From Microcystis aeruginosa NIES-2549 (GTDB lineage Bacteria > Cyanobacteriota > Cyanobacteriia > Cyanobacteriales > Microcystaceae), in the NCBI RefSeq assembly GCF_000981785.2, contig NZ_CP011304.1, positions 2,730,001 through 2,762,000 of the forward strand: a DNA stretch of 32,000 nt, read 5' to 3'. Position 1 is the stretch's first letter, and each line of letters begins with the position of its first letter. Shown here in pieces: positions 1-10,126 of this stretch. The translations under genes and the position numbers were made by a program. The notes under the pieces are model-generated. The model had not been told where the DNA came from and did no database searches. It saw only the letters and a list, made by a program, of their open reading frames with translations.

Positions 1-1337
1 CCGGAAGACGCACTTTTCTCGCCCAAGATCTAAAAACGGGCGCTACTGTTGTTGTCAAATTATTAATCTTTAGTACCGATTTTGAATGGACAGATTTAAA
101 ACTTTTTGAACGGGAGGCCGAAACTCTTAAACATCTAGATTGTCGCTCGATTCCCGAATATATCGACTATTTTGAAGTTCGCACCGATACCTACCAAGGT
201 TTTGCCCTTGTTCAGAGTTATATCGAGGCTAAATCTCTCAAGGAACAGATAGAAACTGGTCGCAAATTTAGTGAAGCAGACCTACAAGAATTAGCTAAAT
301 CTATTCTAGGTATTTTAATTTATCTCCATGGACTTAACCCGCCAATTATCCATCGAGATTTGAAACCTAGTAATATTTTACTAAAAGATCGATCGGGTCA
401 TAGTATCGGTAATGTTTATTTAATTGATTTTGGTTCTGTCCAGACTGTTGCTCAACAGGAACAGGCCACTTTAACTATTGTCGGAACCTACGGTTATATG
501 CCACCGGAACAATTTGGTGGTCGCACCGTTGCCGCTTCTGATTTATACAGTTTAGGAGCCACTTTAATCTATCTAGCTACAGGCATTCATCCCGCCGATT
601 TACCCCAAAAAGATGGCAAAATTCAATTAAATAATTTAGCCAATTTAAGCCCTGCTTTTGTTCATTGGTTAGGGCAGTTAATCGAACCTAGTCTCGAAAA
701 AAGGTTTGTTTCAGCACAGGCAGCAAATCAAGCTTTAAATACTCTCCACGAAATGCAATTAACTTCCTCGAACCTTGAAAAACCCGCCGGGAGTCGGGTA
801 CAGTTGCAAAAAAATGAGGAGAAAATTAAAATATCTTTACCTCCCGAAGGTTTTACCCCTAAATTAATTTTTCTTGGAGCTTTTGCCATCGCTTGGAACG
901 CTTTTTTATTAGTATGGACAGGAGGAGCCGTTTCTATTCCTCTGTGGATGAGTTGGTTTTTTCTGCTCTTTTCTTTGCCTTTTTGGTTTGTGGGTTTAGG
1001 AATGCTTGGCGGGATTATTTATTGTCTCAAAGGGGAGGAAATTATCACTATTGATAGTCAAGAAATTGTGGCCATTCAGCGAATTTTTGGTTTGACACTT
1101 CCGGGCAAAAAGAAAATGGCACGAGAACATATTAATAAACTGGTGAAAGCTGATAGTTATCATACCAAAGATGGTGATGGCGATCGAGTTTATGTGCCGA
1201 TGGCTTTAACTATTTGGGCGGGGACTAAAGAATATACTATTAGCAGTAAGACAAAAGAATATCTGAGTCAACCCGAAATTGAATGGTTAGCAGCGGAATT
1301 GAGCCAATGGTTAGGAATACCAATTACTAATAAGTAG
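1..1337 (+). CDS. Ser/Thr protein kinase, 5'-partial (open to window start), with C-terminal transmembrane region and extra C-terminal domain
   Basis: Frame 3 is open from nt 3. It translates to ...VVVKLL...LFEREAETLKHL...IIHRDLKPSNILL...DFG...GTYGYMPPEQ, the Hanks kinase subdomains II, III, VIb, VII and VIII. The tracked start at 360 (TTG) lies inside the HRDLKPSN catalytic loop, so the gene begins upstream of the window. Hydrophobic stretches LIFLGAFAIAWNAFLLVW and WFFLLFSLPFWFVGLGMLGGII follow the kinase domain. Confidence 0.9.
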   Translation, partial: GRRTFLAQDLKTGATVVVKLLIFSTDFEWTDLKLFEREAETLKHLDCRSIPEYIDYFEVRTDTYQGFALVQSYIEAKSLKEQIETGRKFSEADLQELAKSILGILIYLHGLNPPIIHRDLKPSNILLKDRSGHSIGNVYLIDFGSVQTVAQQEQATLTIVGTYGYMPPEQFGGRTVAASDLYSLGATLIYLATGIHPADLPQKDGKIQLNNLANLSPAFVHWLGQLIEPSLEKRFVSAQAANQALNTLHEMQLTSSNLEKPAGSRVQLQKNEEKIKISLPPEGFTPKLIFLGAFAIAWNAFLLVWTGGAVSIPLWMSWFFLLFSLPFWFVGLGMLGGIIYCLKGEEIITIDSQEIVAIQRIFGLTLPGKKKMAREHINKLVKADSYHTKDGDGDRVYVPMALTIWAGTKEYTISSKTKEYLSQPEIEWLAAELSQWLGIPITNK

Positions 1338-1358
1338 CTGGTTAAAATCAGCTTTTTT
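1336..1358 (+). terminator. Weak hairpin plus T-run directly after the kinase stop codon
   Basis: agctg-gttaaaat-cagct (5-bp stem) followed by tttttt. The stem is short, so confidence is low. Confidence 0.3.
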
Positions 1359-1415
1359 CTCCCCTCTCCCCACTCCCCCACTGATTACTGCTTACTGATA
1401 ACTGAAAAATCTCCC

Positions 1416-1431
1416 CACTTCCCACTTCCCA
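1416..1431 (+). repeat. Short dispersed intergenic repeat CACTTCCCACTTCCCA (copy 1 of 3)
   Basis: The same 15-16 nt string, in the same orientation, recurs at 5288-5302 and 30740-30755. All copies lie in 3' intergenic DNA. This copy sits in a C/T-rich low-complexity tract (1361-1440). Confidence 0.6.
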
Positions 1432-1570
1432 TCCCCTGATATGGACGAACTGTGTGTGATCAGTGTAAAATTTTATGAAGAGTCTGGGCTTTTTTCTCCC
1501 TTTTCCAGAGAAATGCCCCAGAGCCAGTGACTAAGATCAACATTGTGTAATCCCATCGATAATTAAGTTT

Positions 1571-2146
1571 ATGAGCGCCACTATTACCGTAGAAAAACGC
1601 AAATTAGAAAAACCCCCTTTAGAACTGCATTATCTCGGCGATCGAGTCCTGCGTCAACCGGCCAAGCGGATTGCTAAAGTCGATGACAGCATTCGCCAAT
1701 TAGCCAAAGAAATGCTACAAACTATGTATAGTGCCAATGGTATCGGGTTAGCGGCTCCGCAAGTGGCAGTCAATAAACAATTGATTGTCATCGATTGTGA
1801 ACCCGATAAACCAGAAAATCCGCCCCTAATTCTGATTAATCCCCAAATTATCGGTTATGGTCGGGAATTGTGCAAAGCGGAAGAGGGTTGTTTGAGTATT
1901 CCCGATGTGTTTTTAGATGTCATCCGTCCCCAAGCGATCGAAGTGAGTTATAAAGATGAACAGGGGAAACCGCGAAAACTGCAAGCTAACGGTTTACTAG
2001 CGCGGGTAATTCAACACGAAATGGATCATCTCAATGGTGTCATGTTCGTGGACAGAGTAGATAACGATTTGGCACTGAATGAAGAATTAAAAAAACACGG
2101 TTTTTCCGTGCAGGCGGTGAAACCCGTCGAGAAAGTGACAAAATAA
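1571..2146 (+). CDS. def: Peptide deformylase
   Basis: The three canonical PDF motifs are present: GIGLAAPQV, EGCLSIP and QHEMDHLNG (metal ligands Cys and His-x3-His). The 191-aa length is typical. Confidence 0.95.
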   Translation: MSATITVEKRKLEKPPLELHYLGDRVLRQPAKRIAKVDDSIRQLAKEMLQTMYSANGIGLAAPQVAVNKQLIVIDCEPDKPENPPLILINPQIIGYGRELCKAEEGCLSIPDVFLDVIRPQAIEVSYKDEQGKPRKLQANGLLARVIQHEMDHLNGVMFVDRVDNDLALNEELKKHGFSVQAVKPVEKVTK

Positions 2147-2171
2147 AGGCATTAGTTAATTTAGGTGAGGA

Positions 2172-2375
2172 GTGAAGATGACCCCGAAAAGCGGCGTTTT
2201 ATTGTTATTATCCTGTATTGCAGCAATCGCTGGTGTGGGTTGTGTCTTTGAAATTAGTTCGGGAGAACCGGATTTAGGCAATACCACTACTGGCTTAATT
2301 TTAGCGGCAAGCATACCACTAACAGCCCTATTTTTTTGGGCGGCGGTTAAAGACACGAGAGCCAATTACAAATAG
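2172..2375 (+). CDS. Small two-helix membrane protein (hypothetical)
   Basis: Two clear hydrophobic helices (VLLLLSCIAAIAGVGCVF and LILAASIPLTALFFWAAV). A purine-rich aggtgaggag lies just upstream and a strong terminator hairpin just downstream. The start could be GTG 2172 or ATG 2178. I prefer this ORF over the antisense ORF at 2156-2365. Confidence 0.5.
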   Translation: MKMTPKSGVLLLLSCIAAIAGVGCVFEISSGEPDLGNTTTGLILAASIPLTALFFWAAVKDTRANYK

Positions 2376-2397
2376 AATAACTTCCCCTCGGTTGCAG

Positions 2398-2431
2398 AAG
2401 AGAGAATTTATTTCTCTCTTTTGTTTGTTTT
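2398..2431 (+). terminator. Rho-independent terminator
   Basis: Perfect 9-bp stem aagagagaa / ttctctctt with loop tttat, followed by the T-rich run ttgtttgtttt. It lies 23 nt after the stop at 2375. Confidence 0.55.
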
Positions 2432-2609
2432 AACTACAGGACAAATTGCCAGAAAAAGTTACTACTTTTGAGGATTTTATCAGCTTTTATGACAATCAAT
2501 TATCTACCGACCGGTGAAAATCTGATTAGGTAAAGATTTCCCCCCTCTCTCCTATATCCGCAATCTAGAATGATAAAATAGGTGACGTTAAAAGCATCAT
2601 TCATTAGCT

Positions 2610-2927
2610 ATGACCACAACCTACAAAGTAGAAATTTCCCATTTAGGAACAACACAAACGATCGAAGTTAGGGAAGATCAAACTATACTACAGGCGGCCT
2701 ACGATGCGGGGATTGACTTACCCAGTTCTTGCAATGCGGGCGTATGTACTACCTGCGCCGCTCAACTTTCCCAGGGTAGCGTCGAACAAGGTGAGGGCAT
2801 GGGATTATCCCCCGACCTGCAAAAAGAAGGCTATGCTTTGTTATGTGTGGCCTATCCTCGCTCGGATATTAAACTGGAATCTGGCAAGGAAGAAGTAGTT
2901 TATCAACGTCAATTCGGAAAACCCTAG
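2610..2927 (+). CDS. Plant-type [2Fe-2S] ferredoxin paralogue
   Basis: Cluster ligand pattern C-x4-C-x2-C ... C is present (SSCNAGVCTTCAAQ ... ALLCVAYP). The 105-aa length and the DLPSSC context are typical of the Fer2 family. Confidence 0.9.
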   Translation: MTTTYKVEISHLGTTQTIEVREDQTILQAAYDAGIDLPSSCNAGVCTTCAAQLSQGSVEQGEGMGLSPDLQKEGYALLCVAYPRSDIKLESGKEEVVYQRQFGKP

Positions 2928-2956
2928 GCCAAACTGGGGTTAAGATGAGAAATTTT

Positions 2957-2971
2957 CGGGGGTTTCCCCCC
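2957..2971. terminator. G5-ttt-C5 hairpin between convergent ferredoxin and pyrG genes
   Basis: cgggggtttcccccc is flanked by tttt on one side and aaaaaaa on the other, so it could act as a bidirectional terminator. Confidence 0.35.
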
Positions 2972-3008
2972 AAAAAAACAGATTTTGAGCCAATCAGACC
3001 AGCAAACC

Positions 3009-4787
<1,779 letters not shown>

Positions 4788-4913
4788 TTAGCTCCCTCTC
4801 CAAAATCTATGGGACCACAGCTTCATCCCTCTTCAGTCGCCTTCATCCCGATCATCTAAATTTTCCGCTACAATCGAGAGTACTAAGACTCAGGCAATTG
4901 TAAAGTAATATTA

Positions 4914-5267
4914 ATGATAGATTTTAATACTCTCGCTGAATTTTCCCGCAACTATTGCGTCTCGATTTGTGCCTTTTTAGTACCCGCTAACTTAGTAACC
5001 ACCCTTTTAACGGTTCTTTTTCTCTATTTCGGTCGTCCTACCCGTCAAATCTTCCCCATTGCTTCCCTAGCTTTGTTGTTCGCTGTCACCATGTTTCTCC
5101 ACGTCGCCACTTGGTTAATGATTGGTGTGGTTATGGCCCCCACTTTTATCCTCTTTGGACTGGGTTTAACCTGTTTTGTGATCAATTTTCAAGCCATCAG
5201 CGATCGCCAAAGCTTGGAACAGTTATTACACACCGGGGTTAGTCGTCTGGCCCGCTCTTTCAACTAA
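4914..5267 (+). CDS. Hypothetical integral membrane protein (about 3 TM helices)
   Basis: 117 aa with three long hydrophobic segments and no competing ORF. I recognise no family. Confidence 0.5.
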   Translation: MIDFNTLAEFSRNYCVSICAFLVPANLVTTLLTVLFLYFGRPTRQIFPIASLALLFAVTMFLHVATWLMIGVVMAPTFILFGLGLTCFVINFQAISDRQSLEQLLHTGVSRLARSFN

Positions 5268-5287
5268 GGAAAAGTGCCAAGACTTCT

Positions 5288-5302
5288 CACTTCCCACTTC
5301 CC
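5288..5302 (+). repeat. Short dispersed intergenic repeat CACTTCCCACTTCCC (copy 2 of 3)
   Basis: Identical core to 1416-1431 and 30740-30755. It lies between convergent stop codons at 5267 and 5322. Confidence 0.6.
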
Positions 5303-5321
5303 CCATAGTTGAACCAATAGG

Positions 5322-6092
5322 CTAATCTTGATGCGTCCAAGAGCGATGGGCCAGACGCAAACCCCAATCGAGCAGATAACCAATCGCGCCAATAACGAGA
5401 ATCACCGCCATCAACTCTGAATAAGCGAGTCGATCGCGTGTATCGAGAATATAATAACCCAAACCCGCACTAACCCCCAGCATTTCCGCCGGGACAAGAA
5501 CGATCCAGATAATACCGATAGCCAAACGGAAACCAGTTAAGAGATGGGAGAGGATCGCAGGCAGAATAATCTGGAAAACCGTTTCCCCTCGCGTAGCACA
5601 GAGACTGCGGGCTAAAGTCAACCAAGAGCGATCAACCGCATTAACCCCAGCAGCCGTATTGAGAAGGATCGGCCAGATGGCCGCCACCGTCAGCAAAAAA
5701 TACACGGGTAGATCACCAATGCCCAAAACCATCACCGCTAAAGGCATCCAAGAAAGGGGCGAGATCATGCGTAGAAATTGAAATAGGGCCGACAAAGCCG
5801 ATTCAAGGGAGCGATACAACCCGATTAATATCCCCAAAGGCACACCGATGGCACTAGCGAGAACCAAGCCCACAATAACCCGGCGGCAACTGGTGAGGAT
5901 ATGGGGCATAATCTCCCCCCCAACAAAAAGACGTAATAAAGCGACAAAAGATCGCTCAGGGGAAAAATCATTTAAAATCGCGTTTGAGTGCCATAGAGGA
6001 CTGGTAAATAGCCACCAGAGCAATAATCCAAAACCGATACCCCATAAGGGTAGTAAAGCTCTTGGCGGGGAGGTCAAAGATTGTGACTTCAT
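5322..6092 (-). CDS. ABC transporter permease, NitT/TauT (nitrate/sulfonate/bicarbonate) family
   Basis: 256 aa with about 6 TM helices and a BPD_transp_1-like core (LARSLCATRGETVFQIILPAILSHLLTG, the EAA-loop region). It is the last gene of a tightly packed five-gene operon on the minus strand. Confidence 0.88.
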   Translation of the reverse strand: MKSQSLTSPPRALLPLWGIGFGLLLWWLFTSPLWHSNAILNDFSPERSFVALLRLFVGGEIMPHILTSCRRVIVGLVLASAIGVPLGILIGLYRSLESALSALFQFLRMISPLSWMPLAVMVLGIGDLPVYFLLTVAAIWPILLNTAAGVNAVDRSWLTLARSLCATRGETVFQIILPAILSHLLTGFRLAIGIIWIVLVPAEMLGVSAGLGYYILDTRDRLAYSELMAVILVIGAIGYLLDWGLRLAHRSWTHQD

Positions 6093-6104
6093 AGGTTCGG
6101 ATTC

Positions 6105-7313
6105 TTAAAATTTGATCGTCTCGATGCGGGAGAGATTATTCGGTAAGCCGAAAGCTTTCGGTCCGCCCACCTGTTGCAAGGCATTACGGACAAAAGAGTC
6201 ATCCACGAGATCCCGCGCCACCTGTCGGGGTTGCAGTTTTTGGAGAAAATCCGTATTTCCTTCTACCTGAGTGGTTTTGAGCAAGCGTACCAGTTCCTCC
6301 GTATAGGAAGGGAAAGGATAGGGCTGGAAATCGATCCGGTTGACCTGCCAGTCTGGATTCTCGATCGCTCCGTCTTTTTTATAGAAATTGCGATCATAGT
6401 AAGTAAGCGCCCGTTGCAATACTGGCAGCGGGTGAGGGGTATATTTTCCACCATCTTTAGAGAGAATCCGGGCCACTTCCGAGCGATTGCCCCGGGACCA
6501 GAGTTGGGCTTTAACGAGGGCGTTTACCACCCTCTGCGTCCATTGTTTCCGTTGCCTAATATCCTCCTCGTGAACAAAGACAACGCAACAGGCGTGATTC
6601 TTCCAGACATCGCCGGTGAAACGGAGCACCCTACCGGTTTTTAGATTTTCCGCCGCTGCGTTGAAAGGTTCAGCAACGATATAACCACCGATGCTCTTAT
6701 TGGCGAGGGCTGATACCATATCCGGGGGCGGGAGAACCACTAGATTAACCTCGTTAGAAGCGATCGGCGCGTCTTTGGGTTTGCGAACTATTTTCAGCCC
6801 GTTACGTTGTAAGAGTTGTTGCAAGACCAAATTATGAATCGAATACCAGAAAGGAACCGCGATCGTTTTGCCTCCCAATTCCCTGGGATTTTCAATATCG
6901 GGAAGGACGGTGAGGGCTGAACCGTTGGTATGGTTCCAAGCGACGATTTTAGCGGGGAAATTGCGCGCGTAACGAATCCAGATCGAGGTGGGAAAAAGAA
7001 CATGAATAACGTTCACCTGCCGAGCGAGAAAGGCTTCAACAATCTGCGCCCAAGAGCGGAATAGGCGCGGTTGTTCTGTAGTTAAACCTTCCGCTTGATA
7101 AAGTTTTCGCGAGTGGGCCACCAATAGGGGGGCGGCATCCGTAATCGGTAGATAACCGATTTTCACAGGCTGATCTTTGGCATTGGCGTGAACAGGGAGA
7201 TTCCAATTATCGGCGGCGATCGCTGCCCCGAAGGAACTGGTAAACAGTGCCGAAAGTTTCAGGAAATCTCGACGGCTCATGCCGCAACAAGCACAATTAT
7301 CGTGTAGGTTCAT
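6105..7313 (-). CDS. ABC transporter periplasmic substrate-binding protein (NrtA/SsuA/CpmA-like) with a twin-arginine signal
   Basis: SRRDFLKLSALFTSSFGAAIAA is a Tat-type signal, followed by KIGYLPITDAAPLLVA, which is typical of the NMT1/NrtA-like binding fold. The true start may be the ATG at 7280 (MSRRDFLK) rather than 7313. Confidence 0.85.
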   Translation of the reverse strand: MNLHDNCACCGMSRRDFLKLSALFTSSFGAAIAADNWNLPVHANAKDQPVKIGYLPITDAAPLLVAHSRKLYQAEGLTTEQPRLFRSWAQIVEAFLARQVNVIHVLFPTSIWIRYARNFPAKIVAWNHTNGSALTVLPDIENPRELGGKTIAVPFWYSIHNLVLQQLLQRNGLKIVRKPKDAPIASNEVNLVVLPPPDMVSALANKSIGGYIVAEPFNAAAENLKTGRVLRFTGDVWKNHACCVVFVHEEDIRQRKQWTQRVVNALVKAQLWSRGNRSEVARILSKDGGKYTPHPLPVLQRALTYYDRNFYKKDGAIENPDWQVNRIDFQPYPFPSYTEELVRLLKTTQVEGNTDFLQKLQPRQVARDLVDDSFVRNALQQVGGPKAFGLPNNLSRIETIKF

Positions 7314-7317
7314 AGAT

Positions 7318-8100
7318 TTACAGTGTCATCACAAGGGCTAATTCTTGAAAAATTGACAGGCGTAGATCACTCAAAAGCTTGGCTGACTCGAAACGGGGTT
7401 TCGGCATCGTGATCGTCCATTCTCGGCGGATGCCCACCGGATGACGGCCCATGAGAAGAACTCGATCGGCCACTAATAGGGCCTCGTCGATGTCGTGGGT
7501 AACGAGGAGAACCGTGCTGTTATAGAGAGCTATGACTTCTAGGAGGAGTTTTTGCATCTCGAAACGGGTGATCGCGTCGAGGGCGCTAAACGGCTCATCC
7601 AGGAGCAGGAGAGAGGGGCGGCGGGCGAGGACGCGGGCTAGAGAAACTCTCTGAGCCATACCGCCCGATAGTTGATGAGGATAGGCACGCTCGAAGCCCT
7701 CTAGTTTGACGCTTTTAACGGCGGTGTGAACCCTTTCGCGCAATTGCTGATGATCGAGGCGGGGCATCCGCTTTAATTTCAAACCAAAGGCCACGTTTTG
7801 CCAAACGGTTAACCAAGGTAAAAGGGCGGGGGATTGAAAGACGATCGAGCTGCGGATGTCTGGTGCTTGTAGGGGTCGTGAGTGCAATTGTATTTCTCCG
7901 CCATCGGCACTTTGCAAACCAGCGGCGGTAGCAAGGAGGGTAGATTTACCGCAACCACTGGCCCCGAGCAAACAAACCACCTCACCGCAGCGCACCTGTA
8001 GGTTAATATCCTCAAAAACGGTACGGTAGCCATGGCGGGTTTTATAGCGTTTATGGAGATTTTTTAGATTGAGGACGGGGTAATCCGTGGCGATACTCAT
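7318..8100 (-). CDS. ABC transporter ATP-binding protein
   Basis: Walker A GASGCGKST, signature LSGGMAQR, Walker B LLLLDEP and H-loop VTHD are present. Its start overlaps the upstream stop as ATGA (8097-8100). Confidence 0.93.
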   Translation of the reverse strand: MSIATDYPVLNLKNLHKRYKTRHGYRTVFEDINLQVRCGEVVCLLGASGCGKSTLLATAAGLQSADGGEIQLHSRPLQAPDIRSSIVFQSPALLPWLTVWQNVAFGLKLKRMPRLDHQQLRERVHTAVKSVKLEGFERAYPHQLSGGMAQRVSLARVLARRPSLLLLDEPFSALDAITRFEMQKLLLEVIALYNSTVLLVTHDIDEALLVADRVLLMGRHPVGIRREWTITMPKPRFESAKLLSDLRLSIFQELALVMTL

Positions 8101-9212
8101 TCCCTCACCCCCGCTCGCTCGAGTTCGCCAGTGAGAATTTTATCGGTAGAGGACTGACGTTGTAATTCTCTTTCCAGTTGAATCAGGCTCGGAGTTAACA
8201 CTGGTAAAAAGGCGACCTCGCGCAGCCGTCGGGCCGTGTCGCTATTACGAAAATAGCCTTTTCCTCCCTTAATTTCCGCTTCTAACCCTACGGATTCCAC
8301 CGCTAACCGGGTAATGTCCACTCTGAGGGTGAATAGTTGGCGTGTTCGTCCGAGATCGAAGCTTTCTAGGGTGCTGAATTGCTCGATTGTCTTTTCTAGA
8401 CGAGTCAGACGCTCCCGGGCGAAGAAATAACGATCGCTGGCTACCGCTGCCTTTCCCCCTAAACTTTTCTCTGTCTCCGCGAGGGATTTACGCGTAATGC
8501 CAAGGGCCAGTCCGCATTGTAACAGCAAGAAACAGGGGCGGACTGAGGGTAAAAATTTTGCTGCTTCCAAGCTGATAATCCAGTCGTGAGATAACTGAAC
8601 TCGATCGAATTCAAGGGTACTGGTGCGGGAAGCTTGTAAACCCAATAATTGTAGGTCTTCACCCCGTTTTAACCCCTCTGCGAAGGAGGGAAGGGCGAGG
8701 ATAAGAGTTTCTCCCGATGTAGTTTGAGCGGCAACGGCCACTATAAATTCTCCCTTAGAGTCGAGGTTAGAGGCCCAGGGCAGGAAGCCATTAACAGTGA
8801 CGTTTTCTCCCTCGATCTTTGCCTGTAAACGCAGCTCCTCGATCCCGCCGAGGTACTTCATGGCGTTGGAGAGTCCTGTGGCTCCGGCTATCTCTCCCTT
8901 GAGAACAGCAGGTAGAATTTTGTTTTGTAGGTAAGTGTTATTACTGGCGGCCAGATATTGAATGAAGACGCGCTGACACCAGAAAACAAAACCGGTGGTC
9001 AGGCAGCATTGGGACACAGAGGAGATCGCCTCTACTGCCTGTAATAAGGAGCCACCCCGGCCTCCTAAGTTTTCAGGTATAGCATAGCCGAACCAGCCCG
9101 ATTCTCCTAGCTTGGTTAGGGCCCAACCGACGTTGAGATTAGCTGTACCGTTGTTGAGGTCAGTGGCTCTTTCTTCCAGAAAAGAAAGAATTTCGGAGCC
9201 TCGATCGAGCAT
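8097..9212 (-). CDS. Acyl-CoA dehydrogenase-fold flavoprotein (SfnB/DszC/nitroalkane-oxidase-like class), substrate unknown
   Basis: The layout matches the ACAD fold. The N-terminal helical part has LGESGWFGYAIPENLGGRGGSL. The middle beta domain has GEIAGATGLSN...VTVNGFLPWASN. A C-terminal helical domain follows. The gene is translationally coupled to the ABC ATPase. Confidence 0.7.
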   Translation of the reverse strand: MLDRGSEILSFLEERATDLNNGTANLNVGWALTKLGESGWFGYAIPENLGGRGGSLLQAVEAISSVSQCCLTTGFVFWCQRVFIQYLAASNNTYLQNKILPAVLKGEIAGATGLSNAMKYLGGIEELRLQAKIEGENVTVNGFLPWASNLDSKGEFIVAVAAQTTSGETLILALPSFAEGLKRGEDLQLLGLQASRTSTLEFDRVQLSHDWIISLEAAKFLPSVRPCFLLLQCGLALGITRKSLAETEKSLGGKAAVASDRYFFARERLTRLEKTIEQFSTLESFDLGRTRQLFTLRVDITRLAVESVGLEAEIKGGKGYFRNSDTARRLREVAFLPVLTPSLIQLERELQRQSSTDKILTGELERAGVRE

Positions 9213-9224
9213 AATTGTTCTCTC

Positions 9225-9755
9225 CTAGGGGTGAATATTTTCAATCGAGGTCAAACTATCTATAGGTGCGCCGACCACTTCTCTGGCTCTTTTTACCGCC
9301 GCTTCATCGGGACTATCGTAGAAACAGAGACATTTACTCAAGTCTTCGCAAACATAGGTACGCTCGAAACTGACTTCCGGCACTTGAGCATAAAGGGGGG
9401 TTTTCTCGGCTTTTCGTTGCAGGTAAGTTTCCATCGTTAGCCCCGGAGGTAAATTCCACTGTACTAGATAGTTGGCTTTGTCTTTGCGCTCTCGCACAGT
9501 GGCTAAGTCCTGCCCAATCAAGCGCATTTCCTTGATTAGTTGCCAACCTAGCCCAGCGTTTTCTAGTACTTGTTCGAGGGAGGCGCGATCGATCGCTTTG
9601 ATAATCAGGAATAACCGCCCTTCTGTTTCACCGATTAGGGCTTCGATTAATTCTCCCTGGGATTTTGATGCCAGTGTGGCAATGCGCTCCAATATCTCGC
9701 TCACCTCTTCTTTTGTCCTTTCTTGTCGATCATCCTCTACTAGATATAGAGTCAT
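9225..9755 (-). CDS. Tandem DUF4242-like protein (two ferredoxin-like small domains)
   Basis: The second half (YLVQWNLPPGLTMETY...VSFERTYVCEDLSKCLCFYDSPDEAAVKRAREVVGAPIDSLTSIENI) matches the DUF4242 pattern as I remember it (YxVE..P.GL ... SYVs.D..k.fC.Y.aPs.EA.....a...g.P.d.I..V). The first half (LYLVEDD...GRLFLIIKAIDRASLEQVLENAGL...EMRLIG) is a more divergent copy. Confidence 0.6.
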   Translation of the reverse strand: MTLYLVEDDRQERTKEEVSEILERIATLASKSQGELIEALIGETEGRLFLIIKAIDRASLEQVLENAGLGWQLIKEMRLIGQDLATVRERKDKANYLVQWNLPPGLTMETYLQRKAEKTPLYAQVPEVSFERTYVCEDLSKCLCFYDSPDEAAVKRAREVVGAPIDSLTSIENIHP

Positions 9756-9971
9756 AATTCATCTCAAATACATTTACAATACATTTGAGTTTAATGTCTT
9801 TGAGAAAAAAAAGCAATATTTTCAAGAGCCTCAAAACGAGGTGACACGGGAGGGGATGGTTCAAGACCGTTTCGCTCAAGTCGTGGCCAGAACCCTTGCC
9901 TTGGGTGATATGCGTAACCCGATTTTTTCGATAATCGCCCTTATCTGGCTGGATTTTTTTCAGCCAAAGAC

Positions 9972-10000
9972 TTGACAAACTCCAAAATTTCTGCTAACCT
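9972..10000 (+). promoter_or_regulatory. Candidate sigma70-type promoter for the kinase gene
   Basis: TTGACA (9972-9977), a 17-nt spacer, then TAACCT (9995-10000). It sits about 125 nt upstream of the ATG at 10127. Sequence pattern only. Confidence 0.35.
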
Positions 10001-10126
10001 TGTAGTAGAATGGGAATCCGTGTCGGCCTACGAACGCTCTTTTTAACCCTTTCTCAAGAATAAAAATTTTAACCCGAATTGCCGGTAGTAGCTAAACTAA
10101 GAGCAGTACCACGGGAAACGGTGACT

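Noticed and set aside
2156-2365. 69-aa ORF on the minus strand
   Set aside because: It overlaps the plus-strand two-TM ORF, which has a purine-rich RBS and a downstream terminator. The minus-strand product has no features.
2704-2898. 64-aa alternate-frame ORF inside the ferredoxin gene
   Set aside because: It lies out of frame within a CDS that has clear 2Fe-2S ligand motifs.
5848-8662. Shadow ORFs 5848-6108, 6174-6644, 6263-6454, 6794-7003, 7809-8033 and 8459-8662
   Set aside because: Each lies antisense or out of frame inside the ABC transporter or ACAD-like genes, which have strong family motifs.
9760-9800. Possible NtcA-type GTA-N8-TAC site or operator in the repeated atacattt ... atacattt sequence upstream of the DUF4242 operon
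   Set aside because: The spacing and half-sites do not fit GTA-N8-TAC on either strand. There is only a short 6-bp inverted repeat.
9231-9978. ORFs 9231-9440(+), 9334-9546(-), 9472-9975(+) and 9730-9978(-)
   Set aside because: They overlap the DUF4242 gene or run through the AT-rich divergent promoter region. The products are Ser/Arg-rich low-complexity sequences without motifs.
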